Positions 60,720-64,000 of a DNA stretch of 64,000 nt are shown in pieces (the first letter of the stretch is position 1; every line of letters starts with the position of its first letter). Both the position numbers and the translations under genes were made by a program. The notes below the pieces were generated by a model. It worked only from the letters and a program-made list of their open reading frames with translations. It ran no database searches and was not told the origin of the DNA. The DNA is from an uncultured Poribacteria bacterium (lineage in GTDB: Bacteria > Poribacteria > WGA-4E > WGA-3G), in assembly GCA_951813545.1 (NCBI GenBank), contig OX638352.1, positions 3,728,767-3,792,766 on the forward strand, read 5' to 3'.

Positions 60720-61020
60720 CATGGTGCGGTTAGGAACCGCCTCATAGGTCAATTTAGGGATATTTCGTTGTATTTTATAGGAACGTCCTTACAAATGCCG
60801 CCCCTACGGGGCTTGGGTTTTTTGTCCACACGCTGCTATAAACATTGTGAAGAAACACCCAAGCAAATAAACCCTACGGGACTAAAGAGGTTTTTGAAGT
60901 CTTCAAGGTTTCCGCGTAGGATCCGGTTCGGTTAGGAAACCGAACCTACCGGTCTGGGGCTGCGACGGTTGTTTTTTCTTAAATTGACAGTTATGGTTCG
61001 GTTAGGAAACCGCACCTACC
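60720..61020. repeat. Cluster of REP-like palindromes
   Basis: GGTTCGGTTAGGAAACCG[A/C]ACCTAC at 60925 and 60995; GCCCCTACGGGGC at ~60800. Confidence 0.7.
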
Positions 61021-61098
61021 TAATTGCGAGGACGATGAACTTCGGAAAGCCCATTGGAGCATGCTCAATTGATGCCTATGGAATGGAGTGTTGTGGAA

Positions 61099-61689
61099 TT
61101 ATGAGGGATTCTGGGTTTCATAAGTAGCAATGTCTGCTTCATATTGTAAAGTCCAACCGATTTCATCAAGTCCGTTGAGCAGGCAGTACTTCTCAAAGTC
61201 CCCGATTTCAAAAGTGTGGGCAGTGCCGTCAGAACAGATGACTGATTGCTCTTCTAAGTCTATCATCAGCTGGTAGCCCTCGGTGTCCTGTGCCTCTTGA
61301 CTGAGAGATGTAATAACTTCTGCTGGCAGTGCTATCGGCAGGATACCGTTCTTATAGCAGTTGTTTCGGAAGATGTCTGCAAACGAGGGCGCGAGAATCG
61401 CTTTGAAACCGTACTGCTGGAGTGCCCACGGCGCATGTTCACGGGAGCTGCCACAACCGAAATTCGCGCCAGCGATGAGAATACTCGCGTTTGCGTAACG
61501 CGGATCGTTCAGCACGAATTCTGGGTTTGGGTCGCCATTTTCAAGGTAACGCCAATCGTTAAAGAGAAATTCACCGAAGCCTGTCCGTTCAATCCGTTTT
61601 AGGAATTGCTTCGGGATAATCTGGTCGGTATCAACATTAATCCGGTCGAGTGGGACGACAAATCCAACGTGTTCTTTGAATGCTTCCAT
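61099..61689 (-). CDS. leuD: 3-isopropylmalate dehydratase small subunit
   Basis: [26 protein letters not shown] and SFADIF motifs. Confidence 0.97.
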   Translation of the reverse strand: MEAFKEHVGFVVPLDRINVDTDQIIPKQFLKRIERTGFGEFLFNDWRYLENGDPNPEFVLNDPRYANASILIAGANFGCGSSREHAPWALQQYGFKAILAPSFADIFRNNCYKNGILPIALPAEVITSLSQEAQDTEGYQLMIDLEEQSVICSDGTAHTFEIGDFEKYCLLNGLDEIGWTLQYEADIATYETQNPS

Positions 61690-61828
61690 GTTTTTCTATT
61701 TCCTCTGGAGGATGGCTGTCAGTTATCGCCTTAGTCCTTATCGAAAACCATCGGTAGCTGTGGTGGTTGCAAAGGTTCTTACCTTCTACAAGTTCTACCG
61801 ACAGCCGACGGCTGACTGCCGATTGCTA

Positions 61829-63229
61829 TTAAGAAAATTTTCGGATGTCTACAAAGCGGCCTGTAACCGCCGTTGCAGCCGCCATCTGTGGACTGACGAG
61901 ATGCGTGCGCCCGCCTTTGCCTTGTCTGCCTTCAAAATTTCGGTTCGATGTACTGGCACAGCGTTGACCCGGACTCAGGGTGTCTGGGTTCATGCCAAGA
62001 CACATACTGCAACCGGCTTCGCGCCATTCAAAGCCTGCGTCTTGGAAAACCTTGTCAAGTCCTTCTGCCTCCGCTTGGCGTTTAACTGCCTGCGAACCGG
62101 GGACGACCATCGCGCTGACGTTCTCTGAGACTTTTCTGCCTTTTGCGACTTCCGCAGCAGCCCGTAAATCGCTGATGCGGGAGTTGGTGCAGCTACCGAT
62201 GAAAACCCTGTCCACAGGAATATCTGTTATCGGGGTGCCGGGTTGGAGATCCATATATGCCAAAGCGTGTTCGGTAGCAGTCTTTTCGTCGGCTGTCGCC
62301 ATGTCTGCTGGATCTGGAACGTGTCCTGTCACATCCGTCACCATACCGGGATTTGTGCCCCATGTTACCTGCGGTGCGATGTCCGCTGCATCAAGTTGTA
62401 GCGTTCGATCGTAGGTCGCGCCTTCGTCAGTTGGAAGTTGCTTCCAATGTTCAACTGCAGCGTCAAAATCTTCTGCTTTCGGTGCGAAACGTTTGCCAGC
62501 GATATATTCGTAGGTGGTATCGTCAGGTGCAATCATACCGGCGCGGGCACCTGCCTCAATCGACATATTGCAAACGGTCATCCGTTCTTCAATGCTGAGG
62601 GCGCGGATTGCAGAGCCTGTGTACTCAACCACGGCACCGTTGCCACCATCAATACCGATATGCCCGATAATTGCGAGGATGATGTCTTTCGCGGTCACGC
62701 CGTAGGGCAGTGTCCCATCAATCCGAATCTCGAAGGTTTCCGATTTCTGTTGCAAGAGGCACTGCGTCGCGAGGACATGCTCAATCTCACTCGTGCCGAT
62801 ACCGAAAGCGAGTGCTCCGAGTGCGCCGTGCGTTGAGGTATGGCTATCACCACACACAATGGTTTTGCCGGGCAACGTGATGCCGAGTTCGGGTCCGATG
62901 ACATGGACGATGCCTTGCTCAGGACTGTCAATGTCGTAGAGCGGAATGTCGAACTGGGTGCAGTTTTCCGCGAGCGTTTCCATCTGCTTCGCTGCGATCA
63001 GGTCAGTAATCGGCAGCGATCTATCCGTTGTCGGCACATTGTGGTCCATCGTGGCGAATGTCAAATCGGGACGGCGGACCTTCCGGTTATTGAGCCTCAA
63101 CCCTTCAAATGCCTGTGGGGATGTGACTTCGTGAACGAGGTGCGTGTCGATATAGAGGATTGGCACCTCGTCTGCGGAGGCGCGCACCAGATGCGCCTCC
63201 CATATCTTTTCATACATCGTTTTTTTCAT
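61829..63229 (-). CDS. leuC: 3-isopropylmalate dehydratase large subunit
   Basis: [32 protein letters not shown] and [12 protein letters not shown] motifs. Confidence 0.97.
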   Translation of the reverse strand: MKKTMYEKIWEAHLVRASADEVPILYIDTHLVHEVTSPQAFEGLRLNNRKVRRPDLTFATMDHNVPTTDRSLPITDLIAAKQMETLAENCTQFDIPLYDIDSPEQGIVHVIGPELGITLPGKTIVCGDSHTSTHGALGALAFGIGTSEIEHVLATQCLLQQKSETFEIRIDGTLPYGVTAKDIILAIIGHIGIDGGNGAVVEYTGSAIRALSIEERMTVCNMSIEAGARAGMIAPDDTTYEYIAGKRFAPKAEDFDAAVEHWKQLPTDEGATYDRTLQLDAADIAPQVTWGTNPGMVTDVTGHVPDPADMATADEKTATEHALAYMDLQPGTPITDIPVDRVFIGSCTNSRISDLRAAAEVAKGRKVSENVSAMVVPGSQAVKRQAEAEGLDKVFQDAGFEWREAGCSMCLGMNPDTLSPGQRCASTSNRNFEGRQGKGGRTHLVSPQMAAATAVTGRFVDIRKFS

Positions 63230-63332
63230 ATCTTTTCTTTTACCTCTGTCCTATTTGTCCTTACGAAGAATAAAATCGTTAAAGCATTATCAACGACAAG
63301 TATATCAGTAAACGTGAGTTTGACATAAGCCC

Positions 63333-63559
63333 GTAGGTTGGGTTGAACGGGGTCTCACTGAAAACTACACTGAGAAGGAAACTTTCAGTCCATCCAGAAC
63401 CTGAAATTACAAGAACACGAGTGAAACCCAACGCATTCTCACACCGACAGTTTGGATTGTTGGGTTTCGCTGTACCTATCTATACGGATAACTCATTAAA
63501 AATCAACATCCTCCATATAAATTGTACGGATCTTGGGCTTACCGCTCAACCCAACCTAC
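63333..63559. repeat. REP/MITE-like element GTAGGTTGGGTTGAACG...GCTCAACCCAACCTAC
   Basis: Terminal IRs; homologous to 9986-11398 and 22400-22683. Confidence 0.75.
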
Positions 63560-63603
63560 CACAGCACACTACCTGCGAGTTATTGTTGATGGGTAAGACA
63601 AGG

Positions 63604-63852
63604 TTACTCAAAGGGTTGCAATGTGCCGTCTTTTACTATGAGTGCCTTCAGGTCATAAATAGCGTCGCCATCGGCATTAAAAGAGAATTTTCCGAAAACT
63701 GTATCCAAGCCTCTGATATTCGCCAGCGCGTCTCGGATTGAAATTGAATCGGCTGCTTCGGCACTCTTAATCGCCTCTGCTAAAATATAGACAGCGACAT
63801 ACGATGCCGTAGCGAAGACGTTTGGGGTCGTACCGAAAGTCTCGCTATAATT
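63604..63852 (-). pseudogene. C-terminal fragment of a branched-chain amino-acid-type ABC substrate-binding protein, interrupted by an IS
   Basis: Manual translation NYSETFGTTPNVFATASYVAVYILAEAIKSA...IRDALANIRGLDTVFGKFSFNADGDAIY...QPFE*. Confidence 0.7.
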
Positions 63853-64000
63853 GAACTCATAGCGAGTACGCGTTATGAATGGTTGAAAGTTATCCGCAAG
63901 TTAATCATAGAATAAGCTAAATGGCGAAACCCTAACCGGGTCTCTTTGAGTTTATCGTAGCTCAGTGCGAGTCTTCGGTAAGTATCCTGCCATCCGAAAG
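63853..64000 (-). mobile_element. End of an IS5-family element (transposase C-terminus at 63873-64000)
   Basis: FGWQDTYRRLALSYDKLKETRLGFRHLAYSMINLR...* resembles IS5 transposase C-termini; terminal GAACTCATAGCGAGTA shared with the MITE at 26061-26189. Confidence 0.7.

Noticed and set aside
63343-63741. 132-aa ORF
   Set aside because: It spans a REP/MITE element and the antisense of the substrate-binding protein fragment.
1-64000. tRNA-Sec (selC), selA/selB/selD, rRNA or other tRNA genes
   Set aside because: None recognised in this window by eye. tRNAscan-SE/Secmarker and a whole-genome search are needed.

Overview
Bacterial chromosomal window. The gene content (DUF1501/DUF1549/DUF1553/PSCyt modules, many beta-propeller, TPR and BlaR1-fusion proteins, dense MITE/REP-like intergenic repeats) suggests Candidatus Poribacteria or a similar sponge symbiont; this is an inference. 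Main finding (48760-58206, minus strand): the ten 'split' ORFs here are really five tandem paralogous genes. Each has a TGA at the same motif (DE[A/S]C-TGA-[G/A]SGKxLRA), in frame in four copies and just downstream of a 1-nt frameshift in the fifth. A SECIS-like hairpin starts exactly 17 nt after each TGA. The proteins follow the motif order of animal selenoprotein N (SELENON/SEPN1) and add a C-terminal domain not found in the animal protein. The array sits 2 nt downstream of guaB and is interrupted by a toxin-antitoxin cassette bounded by the inverted repeats of an IS701-like element found elsewhere in the window. Also present: a CarH/LitR B12-photoreceptor-controlled carotenoid cluster (idi, cyclase, two desaturases, crtB, acyltransferase, glycosyltransferase, cruF, crtW); a Planctomycete-type surface module; a dprA-like gene between 124-bp direct repeats; IS701-, IS3- and IS5-like elements; intergenic repeats inserted in frame in two genes; leuCD; and a probable hydroxyproline catabolic pair. 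Several single-base frameshifts may be assembly errors.
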